Source: Tubiluchus corallicola | Taxonomy: Eukaryota > Animalia > Priapulida | Reading direction: 5' to 3' | Length of the DNA: 64,000 nucleotides | NCBI GenBank assembly: GCA_030141605.1 | Contig: JAQGDQ010000284.1 | Location: 62,001 to 126,000 of the forward strand | Part shown: one piece after another, positions 36,000-48,940 of the stretch | Position numbering within the stretch: position 1 is the stretch's first letter | How the letters are laid out: the number at the start of each line of letters is the position of its first letter | Program-made: the position numbers and the translations under genes | The notes under the pieces: model-generated | Told to the model about the DNA's origin: nothing | Database searches by the model: none | What the model saw: only the letters and a program-made list of their open reading frames with translations

Positions 36000-36099
36000 G
36001 TGTGCAATCATCCGGATTTGTTTGAGCGTCGTGAAGTCAGGTCACCGTTATACATGCCTTCTAGTCTCTACCACTTGCCAAGACTGGTCTATAGGGAAG
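36000..36099 (+). CDS. INO80: INO80 exon (start of the INO80 insertion)
   Basis: tttcag|VCNHPDLFERREVRSPLYMPSSLYHLPRLVYRE|gtaat. Confidence 0.95.
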
Positions 36100-37154
36100 G
36101 TAATGGATTACTCTTGCGTAAATGTACAGTAACATCACTGTATATTATCAATATTGGTAGGAGGACCTTCAGTACTGGGTGGTACAAAAAAAACTAACAG
36201 TTCATTAAACAATACACAAATGTCTGGTACTGTTAACTTTTAACTTTTTTTACGATCATCGTCAATCGCTGGAACTTTGATAATTTTATTAGATCGTAAT
36301 ATAATTGTTTAGTTATTCTGTGAAAGACTGTTTGAATTATCTTTTCGTAAATTTTAGTAAATTTTGTAATATCGTTTTTGTCGACCTCAGCAAATTCTTG
36401 AAAGGGAATTTTTATGCTGTTCAATGTCGTTTTCATTCGATGAATTTTCGTTGATGTTTTGATAATTATAATTTGCACGTTAATAATTGAGTGTTTGCAT
36501 AGCAAAATCATCCATTAGTCGGCAATTAAGTTTTTCTAGTTATTCACAAACTCTGAATCTCCATTTCATGAGGATCATTTTGATACCAAGTTCATCACTC
36601 TATGTTATTTCTAACCTGTGATAATCCACGTTGAAGTTGAGGTGCAGGCTGCACACTGAAAAACATAATCTTGAGAAAATCAACACCTGTTAAAGTCAGC
36701 CATTGTTTTTTATCGTGTTTCTACAAAACACGTAGCAACCGCAGAAATATTGGTTGCTACGGACTTTGCAAGAACACATTGAAGTTACGTTCAAATCCAG
36801 TAGATGGCTCTTCCTGAGGAAGATCTGGGCTTGGCGAAGCAAAATGGCAGCTTCCATGAACTACTATCGGAGTTTTTTACATTTGCAGTATTAAGTTTCT
36901 AGTCAGAAAAGTAGTTAATAAGTCATATAATTAAATGTTTAGAACATTTTCTTCATAATTTGATGCTAGAATATAAAAGTCCAACATATTTAGCATGGTT
37001 TTTATAAAATACGAAAAATTGACGCTTGACCAAATTTTGGTGCAATCTGCTTTGAAGCGTCTTAACGTAGTTTTAACTATGTCAACTTATGGATGGTTTT
37101 GGTTTGCAAGCACACGATTATAATTATGAAAACATTTTTTTTTATTTTTGTTAG

Positions 37155-37259
37155 GATTATTGGATAGTAATTTACCTAGCAAGAGACATTATCTGTACAA
37201 TAAGTTGAACATATTTACCAGCAGTAGTATATACGACTCTCTGCAACCTGGAAACAATG
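37155..37259 (+). CDS. INO80: INO80 exon (insertion domain)
   Basis: gttag|(G)LLDSNLPSKRHYLYNKLNIFTSSSIYDSLQPGNN|gtagg; phase 1 to phase 1. Confidence 0.8.
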
Positions 37260-38689
37260 GTAGGTAGTTATGCAGTGCATAGAATTTAGTATTTTAATAC
37301 ATACATTGTGAAAACGATTTCATTTGTGAACTCACTTATGCCCGGTTCTCACTGTTGGCTTTTTGAGTTTACTCTGCGTTCACACTAAGAACGAAACCCT
37401 AAATTATTCGTGAGTACATGTACATACGAATCAGGCCGATAATAAAAATACTTGTCTTTGCATCAGGTAATATTTTTTATCACACACCTGACTAAGAATT
37501 TTATAGCTTTTTTTAACATCTTTGACGTTCTTTAAAAAAATTTTAAAGCCTTGTAAAATTTCAACAAAATTTTTTTTTCATCCATCTCTTCCGAGATCTT
37601 TTGAGGTCATGAGGTAAGACAGAAAGAAATTTTTGTGACCACTCTCAGCTGATATTAAAATTGTGGATTTTCGATTTTATCTTTTTTTATAGTTTTTGAA
37701 GTTTATTCGTTTATAAAATGGTTTAACAAAACTGTTCACACAGTATCCGTTTATACTGTGTGAACAGCAACTGAGTAAATGCTGAATTAAATTCAATTAT
37801 TAGTGTATTGTTAGCTAGTCTGACCAATATTACTGTTGTCACGACGCTAAAGTTGTCGCTGGGGTGCTTTGGGGAGAGCCAACAACCGACATTGGCAGGT
37901 TTATCAGACTGTTTTTGTAGTTGCGATGTTTGTGTTAAACAGATGAGATCACTGGATGAAATCATGGTTTAACTTTGCAATCTGTATTTTACTCAAAATC
38001 ATAGTCTCATAGTCAGTCCACATATACACGAAAATGGTAACATAATCAACAGTAGTAAACAAAAGTTAAAGTAAATCCATCAGCCAATATATCATGGCAC
38101 CTGAGTCAAAACTTTATTATAACCACACAACTGCTTAAGCCTATTGCTTGTCCTCTAAACTTGCTACCAAGTGTGAAAAACTACTGCATTCACAGAGAAG
38201 CCCAGTAACCCAGTTCCATACAAACATATACCAGTAGCAAGTACATACATATATTGGAAACTTCCAAGTGTACAAACAGATGTCAGCACTGACTTAGTGG
38301 TAATGAAAAACTAAAGTTTAAAACTACAAATCTAAATTAATAATAAACTGTAAATTAAATGCTCGCATCTGCGACAACTGTTGATTTAGATTTGGTTTGC
38401 AATTGCAAATTGCTTTTACGGATGTGGTGCTGATCCGATACGTAATCGGAGCAGATCGGAGATCTGGCTGATGACGTTCTATTATTGGCAGTAGCAACAC
38501 CAATGTTAAAATTTTTTTCCTAAAATAAATTTTTGCTTTGATTACACATGAAATAAACTTTAATTGAGCCTTCTGTAATTAGCGGCTAATGAATGCGATC
38601 GTAATGAACACTTGCGGTCGTTAATCTGAGTAGTTTCTTCACAGAAATTCTACATCATTTTTATCACATCTTGTAATTGTTGCTTGCAG

Positions 38690-38783
38690 GTTGCATCGTG
38701 GACGGTTGTTTTTCATTCCTGAGGTTTTGCAATCTATCTCCGGCTGAGCTTTCGAGAATATTTCTGGGTGGCCTGTTGCTAAG
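38690..38783 (+). CDS. INO80: INO80 exon (insertion domain)
   Basis: tgcag|(G)CIVDGCFSFLRFCNLSPAELSRIFLGGLLL|gtacg; compare vertebrate CFSFLRFIDISPAEM. Confidence 0.92.
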
Positions 38784-38874
38784 GTACGTGAGTGAAAGAA
38801 TTTGTGCTTTCTTGGTTTGTTTGTTTGCTGGTACGAGGCTTGTCTTAGTGATGAAGATGCTCTTTTGTTTGCAG

Positions 38875-38955
38875 ATGGCTGGCTATAATTACAGCAATCA
38901 GGGAAGCTTATCAAGTTCACCTGAGGGGAATTTGGTCTAGCAATATGAATGTCAG
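38875..38955 (+). CDS. INO80: INO80 exon (insertion domain)
   Basis: tgcag|(R)WLAIITAIREAYQVHLRGIWSSNMNV|gtaagt; phase 2 to phase 2. Confidence 0.85.
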
Positions 38956-39376
38956 GTAAGTGTCTGTAAATGTCTCTAAGTGTCTACAAATGTCTATAAA
39001 TGTCAGGTAAGTGTCTATAAATGTCTATAAGTGTCTACAAATGTCTATAAATGTCAGGCAAGTGTCTACAAATGTCTATAAGTGTCTAGAAATGTCTATG
39101 TGTCTACAAATGTTTATAAATGTCTGTCTATAAGTGTCCACAATTGTCTATAAGTGTCTACAAATGTCTATAAATGTCTACAAATGTCTATAAGTGTCTG
39201 CAAATGTCTGTAAGTGTCTATGAATGTTTATAAGTGTCTATAAATGTCTATAAATGTCTATAAGTGTCTACAAATGTCTATAAGTGTCTACAAATGTCTA
39301 TAAACGTCTACAAATGTCTATAAGTGTCTGCAAATGTCTATAAGTGTCCACAAATGTCTATAAGTGTCAGGTAAGT
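38948..39376 (+). repeat. ~11-bp minisatellite (AA(A/G)TGTCTA(T/C)A) that starts at the exon donor and re-creates GTCAG|GTAAGT
   Basis: Donor-like GT at 38956, 39007 and 39371. The same satellite recurs at ~40628-40800. Confidence 0.9.
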
Positions 39377-39377
39377 A

Positions 39378-40097
39378 TTAAAGGAAAACCGGACGATTGG
39401 ACGAAAGCAAACAGAAAAATCCGATAAAATTTGATGAAAAAGTGGTTAACACTGTAATTAATTTTGCAGAATTTGTTTATTCTTGTAGATTGTCTGATGT
39501 AAATGATCTACTTATCATTTATACCTTATCATTTATACATTTTATCATTAAAAGGCATCATTTTACATTGGGGAAGTTGCTGGCTCTTGTAAAGTCATAT
39601 TTAAAGGAAAATTAGACGAATTTGCAGACATTAGTTTAAAATGAAGTATGCTCAGAAATATTGAAAACCAAAACAGCTTTTTTAAACGAAATTTTAGATT
39701 AAATAGTAATTACCTGCCATAATTAAATTTTGTTAAAATAGTTAAACTTTCAAAGCTACGCCTGGCTCAGTAAACTAAGACTGGTAATGGCGCATTTTTG
39801 TCACATTTGCATTGTCGATAAATAAGCTCTGTACCGTGATAAGCATGATCATGAATTGCAGTGTTCATCTGTAATGTAGAGCTCATTTTCGTGACATCAC
39901 ATTAGCATCTTGTCATGTAGGGATGATGCCTACCATTGCACAAACTGTGGTTAGTTTGTGATGTAAGTCATAGCTGCGTTCATTTGCCATTAATGAACTT
40001 TGCAAAGTAATTATTCTAATATTAGAAACAATTGCTAAATTTATAGGCAAAATATATATATAAATTGCATCTAATCAATTGTCCAGTTTTCCTTTAA
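39378..40097. mobile_element. Kolobok-type MITE (subfamily A), complete
   Basis: TTAA|AGGAAAACCGGACGATTG ... CAATTGTCCAGTTTTCCT|TTAA. TTAA target duplication with AGG..CCT termini, as in Kolobok/T2-MITEs. Confidence 0.8.
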
Positions 40098-40206
40098 TTA
40101 AAGGTTTCCTCTACTGTTACTTTCTGTTTTTGGTTATTGACTAATGTACATTTCATAATTGAGTTTACCGATGTGTTTTTTTACACCTTAATTTTGATAT
40201 TTTCAG

Positions 40207-40471
40207 GTACTTAGACAAAACATCATTTTTGCTTGAGCCCTTCCGGACGACGCACTTTGCTAATGTCCAGTCCAGTACAGTGCTTTCGGACCTGGTGTTC
40301 ACGGCCGTCAGCAAGAAGGTTTATGGACACGATGATCATTTGTATTACTACATGGCCGAAACAGAGGACCACAGACGACTGCGTGCTTCAAAGCTTTCCC
40401 AGCTCAAGAGTTCCATGAAATCGCCTACCCGGATGTCTCCCAGTCATCAGGGACTGTCGTCTCCAACTAGG
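40207..40471 (+). CDS. INO80: INO80 exon (insertion domain, Ser/Pro-rich end)
   Basis: tttcag|(R)YLDKTSFLLEPFRTTHFANVQSSTVLSDLVFTAVSKKVYGHDDH...SSPTR|gtcagt. Confidence 0.85.
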
Positions 40472-40542
40472 GTCAGTGTGAGACATGTTTTTGTGTTGAT
40501 GACGTTTTTACTTGTTCTGATTGCTTAGCTTTTGCTTTTCAC

Positions 40543-41390
40543 CTAAAGGAAAACACGAACCCAATCTTAGATATATCTGAAAACAATCTTCGATATTCTA
40601 CCTTATAAAATATTGAAAGGAAAGCATCTAGAAATGTCTATAAATGTCTGTAAATGTCTAGAAATGTCTATAAGTGTCTACAAATGTCTATAAATGCCTG
40701 TAAGTGTCTGCAAATGTCTATAAGTGTCTGTAAGTGTCTATAAATGTCTATAAGTGTCTACAAATGTCTATAAATGTCTATAAGTGTCTTTAAATGTCTT
40801 AAATATAGCTGAAAACAATTCTTCGATATTCTACCTTATAAAATATTGAAAGGAAATGAACTGTTTTTTTAAGATCGGCTTACGTGAAAGAATTGTTACC
40901 ACAGAAACGCATTGCTGAAAAGACAGGTGCTGTACCTCTCAGTTCAGTTGTGTTAGCTTGTGACGAACTACACACGTCCGACAGCTCATGTTGAGCACAG
41001 CGGTAAAACATGTTGCACAAAAACACAGGTGCTGTACCTCTCAGTTCAGATGTGTTCGTTTGTGATGAACTAAACACATTGTAAAGCTCATGTTAAGCAT
41101 AGCGGGAAATTTGAAACTTGAATTTTTATCTAAAACTTCGTAGTTTTAGTACAACACACGAATATCTTACAGTAGCACTGTACTTCTATTTTCGCTTTCG
41201 CAAACGCGCAACACGCTCATGGAATATTTTTGCTGTTGAAAATTATGTTAGTTTGTGACATCATCACTAATTAATCATTAATTAAATTTTTAACTTATTA
41301 TATAATTATCAGAAATGGCATTATTATAGGTGTTAAAATGTATACTTTTTATCGTAGTTCAAAATGGAGTGGGATCATGTTTTCCTTTAA
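40543..41390. mobile_element. Kolobok-type MITE (subfamily B) carrying an inserted 11-bp satellite
   Basis: CTAA|AGGAAAACA ... TGTTTTCCT|TTAA. Confidence 0.75.
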
Positions 41391-42215
41391 TCAAATTTTA
41401 CAAATTTCTTAATAATACGAGTTTAAGTTAAAAGCAGTTTGTCATTTTGTCGTTACAGGAAAATCTGTAAATGACTCCACATTGTTGCCTTTCTTGGTAG
41501 TTCTTTGAAGTAGCTCTATAAAGCCGTCTATTTTGCAGTGACATTATTCTCATTTTTTTTCTTGCAGTAAGTTTTTGGCCGGTTTTTATATTGCGAGGTC
41601 ACATTAATGTGTGTCCGTGTTTTTAATTACTTAATCATGGCAACAGTAGATGGCGTTTAGAATTACGTTTAAGCGACATGTTCAGTAGGGTGAGTAACGA
41701 ACCTTGGAACTCGATTCAAAGGAGTTTTTTGATTCAAATTTTGTATTTGAATAATTCAGCAGTTCATCTACACATCATTTTTTCATTAAAATGTTTAAAA
41801 CATTGTGCAGACGTCTCAGTGTAGTACGATTTCTGCGTGCTATTTTTAAACGAATTATTAGTGTTTTTACTGGAGAATAAAAAACAGCAATATGCATGAT
41901 CTTTTTGAGATCAGTGCAAATGTTTGCCTTTCATTTACGATTCAGAAGTTTACCCGAAAATCATCAAAACTGAAATCGAATTTGAAATCTTGAAATTTAG
42001 TAGTTTTATTCGAGTTTGAAAGTCAAAAATTCCACTAGATTCGAATTTGTTTTCTGGTAGAGAATTCTCACCCGTGATATACAGGCAGTTGGGATGAAAA
42101 ACTGACCCATGCTTCACACTCCAGACTAGCTTCTATAGAAATAATTTTTGTGGAGTGTATGCACAAGGCTGTGATTTAAAAGAGTTTGTTTTACACTTCA
42201 AAATGTTTGCAATAT

Positions 42216-44142
42216 GGTGCTATAACTGCGAACAATTGTTTGTAACCTGGTGCTATAACTGCGAACAATTGTTTGTAACCTGGTGCTATAACTGCGAACA
42301 ATTGTTTGTAACCTGGTGCTATAACTGCGAACAATTGTTTGTAACCTGGTGCTATAACTGCGAACAATTGTTTGTAACCTGGTGCTATAACTGCGAACAA
42401 TTGTTTGTAACCTGGTGCTATAACTGCGAACAATTGTTTGTAACCTGGTGCTATAACTGAGAGCAATTGTTTGTAACCTGGTGCTATAACTGCGAACAAT
42501 TGTTTGTAACCTGGTGCTATAACTGAGAGCAATTGTTTGTAACCTGGTGCTATAACTGAGACAATTACCTGGAAACTGAACAATTAACAATTGTTTGTAA
42601 CCTGGTGCTATAACTGCAAACAATTGTTTGTAACCTGGTGCTATAACTGAGAGCAATTGTTTGTAACCTGGTGCTATAACTGAGAACAATTGTTTGTAAC
42701 CTGGTGCTATAACTGCAAACAATTGTTTGTAACCTGGTGCTATAACTGAGAGCAATTGTTTGTAACCTGGTGCTATAACTGCGAACAATTGTTTGTAACC
42801 TGGTTATAACTGCAAACAATTGTTTGTAACCTGGTGCTATAACTGAGAGCAATTGTTTGTAACCTGGTGCTATAACTGAGAGAACAACAATTGTTTGTAA
42901 CCTGGTGCTATAACTGCGAACAATTGTTTGTAACCTGGTGCTATAACTGCAAACAATTGTTTGTAACCTGGTGCTATAACTGAGAACAATTGTTTGTAAC
43001 CTGGTGCTATAACTGAGAACAATTGTTTGTAACCTGGTGCTATAACTGCGAACAATTGTTTGTAACCTGGTGCTATAACTGAGAACAATTGTTTGTAACC
43101 TGGTGCTATAACTGCAAACAATTGTTTGTAACCTGGTGCTATAACTGAGAACAATTGTTTGTAACCTGGTGCTATAACTGAGAACAATTGTTTGTAACCT
43201 GGTGCTATAACTGAGAGCAATTGTTTGTAACCTGGTGCTATAACTGAGAGCAATTGTTTGTAACCTGGTGCTATAACTGCGAACAATTGTTTGTAACCTG
43301 GTGCTATAACTGCAAACAATTGTTTGTAACCTGGTGCTATAACTGAGAGCAATTGTTTGTAACCTGGTGCTATAACTGAGAGCAATTGTTTGTAACCTGG
43401 TGCTATAACTGCGAACAATTGTTTGTAACCTGGTGCTATAACTGCAAACAATTGTTTGTAACCTGGTGCTATAACTGCAAACAATTGTTTGTAACCTGGT
43501 GCTATAACTGAGAACAATTGTTTGTAACCTGGTGCTATAACTGCGAACAATTGTTTGTAACCTGGTGCTATAACTGCAAACAATTGTTTGTAACCTGGTG
43601 CTATAACTGAGAACAATTGTTTGTAACCTGGTGCTATAACTGCGAACAATTGTTTGTAACCTGGTGCTATAACTGCGAACAATTGTTTGTAACCTGGTGC
43701 TATAACTGCGAACAATTGTTTGTAACCTGGTGCTATAACTGCGAACAATTGTTTGTAACCTGGTGCTATAACTGCGAACAATTGTTTGTAACCTGGTGCT
43801 ATAACTGCGAACAATTGTTTGTAACCTGGTGCTATAACTGCGAACAATTGTTTGTAACCTGGTGCTATAACTGCGAACAATTGTTTGTAACCTGGTGCTA
43901 TAACTGAGAGCAATTGTTTGTAACCTGGTGCTATAACTGAGAGCAATTGTTTGTAACCTGGTGCTATAACTGCGAACAATTGTTTGTAACCTGGTGCTAT
44001 AACTGAGAGCAATTGTTTGTAACCTGGTGCTATAACTGCGAACAATTGTTTGTAACCTGATGCTATAACTGAGAGCAATTGTTTGTAACCTGGTGCTATA
44101 ACTGAGAGCAATTGTTTGTAACCTGGTGCTATAACTGAGAGC
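42216..44142. repeat. 33-bp tandem array, ~58 near-identical copies
   Basis: GGTGCTATAACTG(CGAA/AGAG/CAAA/AGAA)CAATTGTTTGTAACCT; contains the palindrome AACAATTGTT. Confidence 0.95.
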
Positions 44143-44415
44143 ATAAGTAAAACATTTAATTTCCAAATTTTGGACGATTGTCAGCATTACTTTTCTGCAT
44201 AACTATGTAAAATTTGCAGTTGGGTGCTGCATGGCTTTTCTTAAAAGTGTATTTCCTATGGAACTTGTTTATTTATTGTTTTGATGGGCAACAGATGGCG
44301 CTGATATTTGCGTTTCAGCTGCGTCTCTGTGATCTTAGTGGATATGTAACAGTTTGCAGTAAATTCAAATTTAATACTATCTGCATATTTCAAATTTTTT
44401 CAACTCGTTTTTCAG

Positions 44416-44529
44416 ACCCGACATTTAACGGGTCATTTGATGACCTTTCCTCATTTGGAGCGACCAGCCCGTTTAATGAGCCACCGGCCTATGGAAGTTC
44501 CTTCGCTTTTCCTCTGCTACTATCCAAAG
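44416..44529 (+). CDS. INO80: INO80 exon (insertion domain)
   Basis: ttcag|TRHLTGHLMTFPHLERPARLMSHRPMEVPSLFLCYYPK|gtgag; end resembles vertebrate TELPSFLCVASPR. Confidence 0.8.
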
Positions 44530-44754
44530 GTGAGTATTAGGACTCCGTAATCACAACACTTTCTGTACGCATTATGGCTAGAAGCCAGAGCTGCGCTGTT
44601 TGAGCTGAGCTCCAGCCAGTTTATTTCTAGAGTCGACCAAGCCAATAAGAAACCCATCTTTGGTCGCACCAGCTGCTCAGTGGTGGGAGTTGAGCTAGCC
44701 GACATTTTTGCCGACTGCAAAGATTTCTGCTTTTGCAAATCACTGATGCTGTTT

Positions 44755-44972
44755 CAGTGAAGATAGCTCTTCAACAAGCCATAGAACCAGATAAAAACCT
44801 GCAGGAGGACAAATGTTAACATATTTAGATTTTGCACAAAAAGATTTAAACACTTCAGCATTGATCCTTAAAAATAAACACACTTGGGGCATTGCAGCGA
44901 GTAGGGAGTCCTGGCATAGGCAGGTGAGCAGAATCATGTCACTGGATGTGTGATTCATTGGATGATGATGAG
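44755..44972 (+). mobile_element. 5'-truncated 3' end of an RTE-group LINE (same family as 61942-63070) with a (GAT)n tail
   Basis: Aligns to 62925-63070 and continues into the segment that is inverted at 61942-62008. Confidence 0.8.
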
Positions 44973-46454
44973 ATCACTGGTTGAAATATGGCAAACGCAT
45001 TACAAATTCGTGGTCAGATTGTGCGAGTGCTGGCAGAGATACTAAACTTTAGAAATTTTTGAACGAGAAAGCTTGTCAATTCAAAATTAAATACACAAAT
45101 ATCAACGTTACTCACACGTAGTGAAGTGAAGTGTTAAGTGGTAGTACACCACAAACACTTAGTTATGCATGAAATGGTCTTTATAAGAACAATGTTTGCA
45201 ATAGTCTGATGAACGAGGCCTTGGCAAGTCGCTTGTTAACTCGTCTTAGCTGCACTCTCATTAGGTTAACAATTTTTAAGCTGTACCTCAAAATATTTTT
45301 TTTAAGTGGTAACATACTATTTTTTCAAAAATAACTTACGTGAAAGAATTATTACCACACAAATGCAATATCCCATTTGTGCCACTAGTTCTTCGCTGTT
45401 ACATGAGTTTCGCCATTCACTAGTTAGACGGGCACTAGTGGTTACATTTCGAAAATGCATTACACAAAAACAGGTGCTGTACCTCTCAGTTCAGATGTTC
45501 TAGTTTGCGATGAACTACACACGTTCAACAGCTCATGCGTGAGCGCAGCGGTAAATTTGAAATTTAAATTTTCATCTCAAAACTTGCCTAATTTTAGTAC
45601 AACACACTGAATATCTTACAGTAGCACTGTACTTCAATTTTCGCTTTTGCAAAGACGTGTAACATGCGCACAGAATATTTTTGCCATTACAAATTATGCT
45701 AGTTTGTGGTGTCTGTCATCAATAGTGTTGCTCGCCCGCCATGAATTAAGATTGTAATCTATTATTTAATTATCAGAAATGCTTTTGCAGTATTAATTGT
45801 GTAAATGTATACTTTTTATCAGTTTTGAAAGTAGGGTAGTATAATGAAAAATCATCCTGTCTTCCTTCAGGGATTGGCATCCCAACTTATCTGACCCGTA
45901 TCTTGTTGGTACAGATTGATTCAAGATGTATTTACTAGTTACATGCATTCCCTGTCCCACTACAAGAGCCAATTTTAGACCAAGCCGAAAATTATGTACA
46001 GTCTGAATTGCAAATGTTGTTGTTTAAGAATGAGTTAAGAATAAAGAATTGTTGTCTAGGAAGCCCTTAGTTTTATTAGTTTTTCAAAAATGAATGCCCA
46101 CAGACATTTTTTAGTTAGGTGGACGGCAGATAATTGTGCATTCTGACCACTAACAAGGTTTATCTCTGATGGCCTTTTGCACCAGCAATGAACTTCAAAT
46201 TTGAATTGGCAAAGTTAAACGATTTCGTCTTTGTAATCTTTCCTTTTTCTGCATGTGTACACAAAATGATCAATTGTTCCAGGTATGGATACATATATAC
46301 ACGCCTGTGTTTTACAGACAGTTAAAACTGACCTATTAATCTGGCATCGTGCCAATAGAACTTTTTAAATGCTTTTTAAAAAACTAGAAAAGCAAAGAAA
46401 ATGCCCTCTGACAGCTACAAAAAGGCACCATGTTATGTTACCAGTATAATATAT

Positions 46455-47725
46455 TATGATATGGTATGTTATGGTATGGTATGGTATGGTATGGTATGGT
46501 ATGGTATGGTATGGTATGGTATGGTATGGTATGGTATGGTATGGTATGTTATGTTATGGTATGGTATGGTACGGTATGGTATGGTATGGTATGGTATGGT
46601 ATGGTATGGTATGGTGTGGTGTGGTGTGGTATGGTATGGCATAGCATAGTTTATTTATTCCAAGACCCAGGTACAATTTAATAATATTTTACACAAAAGT
46701 GTACAGTATAAAAATAACATGAGAATAATAGATCAGATGTAATATTGTTGGCATCCTTCTGTCTCCGAAGACAATGACGTATGCTCCAAGAGAGTCAGTT
46801 ATTGATCACGTTGATGGAGCTGCAGTGTCGACTGTGGCTGAGCAGTGCGATCCTTGAACGTCTCCAGGGCGCACACCTGGGCAAGGTGTGTGGCTGAGCA
46901 GTCCGATCCTTGAACATCTCCAGGGCGCATGCCTGGGTAAGGTGTATGGAGATCCTGAGTTGCCCAGACAACAGGAACCCCATCTCTTCCTCCTTGGTGT
47001 AACCAAAGGAAAGCGGAGCGATACGTTTGGCACCAGGTTGGCTGCAGGAGCTGCCGGAATCAGTGGGCATGCTGCACTTGTCCGCCTTTGGGGCTCCACT
47101 CCTGATTTGGAAGGTTTACTCCTCTACGCATGGCTGTTGGGTCACTTGACCACCTCTGCTGTCTAGCCGTTGACTGCTTGTGCAGCAAAGATGTAATAAT
47201 CAATCGATTAATGCAGGACAGATCCGCCACGCTCAGATCAGATAAAAAGAAAGAAAGCCTGGAAGGTGATGAGTGTGAAGATGTGATGAGAAAGATGAAG
47301 AAATAATGGAGAATGATAAGATATAGTTGATTAGATTTACATTAAAATTTTAGTAATATTAACAAGCCATAGCAACCAACAGGGCAGTGTGCAAAAGAGG
47401 CGGTAACCGGTCACACTCAAAAGTGCCAAAATTAAGTTACTTCTTTAACTTCTTTTTCTTCATTCGCCCTCTTCTAGCTTTGCACTTTACATTACATTAA
47501 ACCATACATTTGAGAAGAAAACAGATGTTATATATTAGAGTTATGTTCTAATATGAAATCTTTTGACCTTTTTTTAAACTTGAAAACGCTGCGTTCATAT
47601 TTAATGTTGTCGGGCAGATGATTTCGAATTAGAGGTTCGTAAAATTTAACAAAATGTTTAGCAAAATTAGTGCAAAACCTAGAGTAAGCTATAGAGTAGA
47701 CTGGTTTCGGACAAAGAGTCAAGTC
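46455..47725 (-). mobile_element. CR1/L2-like LINE 3' fragment with an expanded (CCATA)n tail, interrupted by an RTE-derived element
   Basis: Minus-strand peptide ...KFYEPLIRNHLPDNIKYERSVFKFKKRSKDFIL; AATAAA followed by (CCATA)n at 46455-46650. Confidence 0.6.
46745..47188 (-). mobile_element. RTE-derived bipartite retroposon, copy 2
   Basis: Aligns with 14004-14410. 10-bp target duplication AGATGTAATA (46735 and 47189). Encodes an RTE-type C-terminus SRIALLSHSRHCSS. Confidence 0.8.
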
Positions 47726-47892
47726 AAATGTGAAACTGGTAAGTCACTAAAGTTACTAACATCTGTAATTGATGCAAGACTGTTATAGTATGCCCTTAGC
47801 GACCAAAGTTGAGCAACACTGAAGCCAGTCAGTGAATGGGCGTTGTCGTGATCACCCGATTTGTCCAGGGCTGTTTTGTTTACTTTTGCTGT

Positions 47893-48370
47893 TTCAAGAT
47901 GTTCACCTATGTTGATTCAAGATGTTCACCTATGTTGATTCAAGATGTTCACCTATGATGATTCAAGATGTTCACCTATGCTGATTCAAGATGTTCACCT
48001 ATCTTCGTTCAAGATGTTCACCTATGCTGATTCAAGATGTTCACCTACGTTGATTCAAGATGTTCACCTATGCTGATTCAAGATGTTCACCTATGCTGAT
48101 TCAAGATGTTCACCTATCTTCGTTCAAGATGTTCACCTATGCTGATTCAAGATGTTCACCTATGCTGATTCAAGATGTTCGCCTATGCTGATTCAAGATG
48201 TTCACCTATGCTGATTCAAGATGTTCACCTATGCTGATTCAAGATGTTCACCTATGCTGATTCAAGATGTTCGCCTATGCTGATTCAAGATGTTCACCTA
48301 TGTTGATTCAAGATGTTCACCTATGCTGATTCAAGATGTTCACTTATGCTATGCTGATTCAAGATGTTTA
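47893..48370. repeat. 23-bp tandem repeat, ~20 copies
   Basis: TTCAAGATGTTCACCTATGCTGA. Confidence 0.92.
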
Positions 48371-48479
48371 CCTTGCTTAGAAAAATTCTGTTTATATGTG
48401 ACGACTTGGTTATCTTGCTTAAGAGAGAAGTGCTCATCTCACCTAAGTTTCTCATTTAGAGGAGTGTCCTTGATAATGA

Positions 48480-48940
48480 GATAGGTGCCAGTCCAGCCAT
48501 ACTAGTTCAAGTTACACAGGCAGTGCCACTGAGTGTGCTGGATTAGATAGGTGCCAGTCCAGCCATACTAGTTCAAGTTTCACAGGCAGTGCCACTAAGT
48601 GTGCTGGATTAGCTAGGTGCCAGTCCAGCCATACTAATTCAAGTTTCACAGGCAGTGCCACTGAGTGTGCTGGATTAGATAGGTGCCAGTCCAGCCATAC
48701 TAGTTCAAGTTTCATAGGCAGTGCCACTGAGTGTGCTGGATTAGATAGGTGCCAGTCCAGCCATACTAATTCAAGTTTCATAGGCAGTGCCACTGAGTGT
48801 GCTGGATTAGATAGGTGCCAGTCCAGCCATACTAGTTCAAGTTTCACAGGCACTGCCACTGAGTGTGCTGGATTAGATAGGTGCCAGTCCAGCCATACTA
48901 GTTCAAGTTTCACAGGCAGTGCCACTGAGTGTGCTGGATT
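48480..48940. repeat. 66-bp tandem repeat, 7 copies
   Basis: GATAGGTGCCAGTCCAGCCATACTAGTTCAAGTTTCACAGGCAGTGCCACTGAGTGTGCTGGATTA. Confidence 0.92.

Noticed and set aside
40201-40215. Recursive splice site (CAG|GTAC)
   Set aside because: AG|GT at exon starts is a common proto-splice context; the downstream sequence is needed as coding exon.
42155-44187. Long repetitive ORFs (540 aa, 424 aa)
   Set aside because: Products of the 33-bp array inside an INO80 intron; no unique coding flanks or convincing start.
45850-45920. Possible extra INO80 exon after TCTTCCTTCAG
   Set aside because: It is a decayed Kolobok TIR. Exons ending 44529 and starting 49054 already join in frame and match the expected protein.
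47795-47875. 5S rRNA gene
   Set aside because: Faint resemblance to the 5S internal region only; too short and degenerate to call.
48512-48925. 22-aa repeat protein
   Set aside because: 66-bp tandem repeat in an intron; the frame is open only because the unit is divisible by three.
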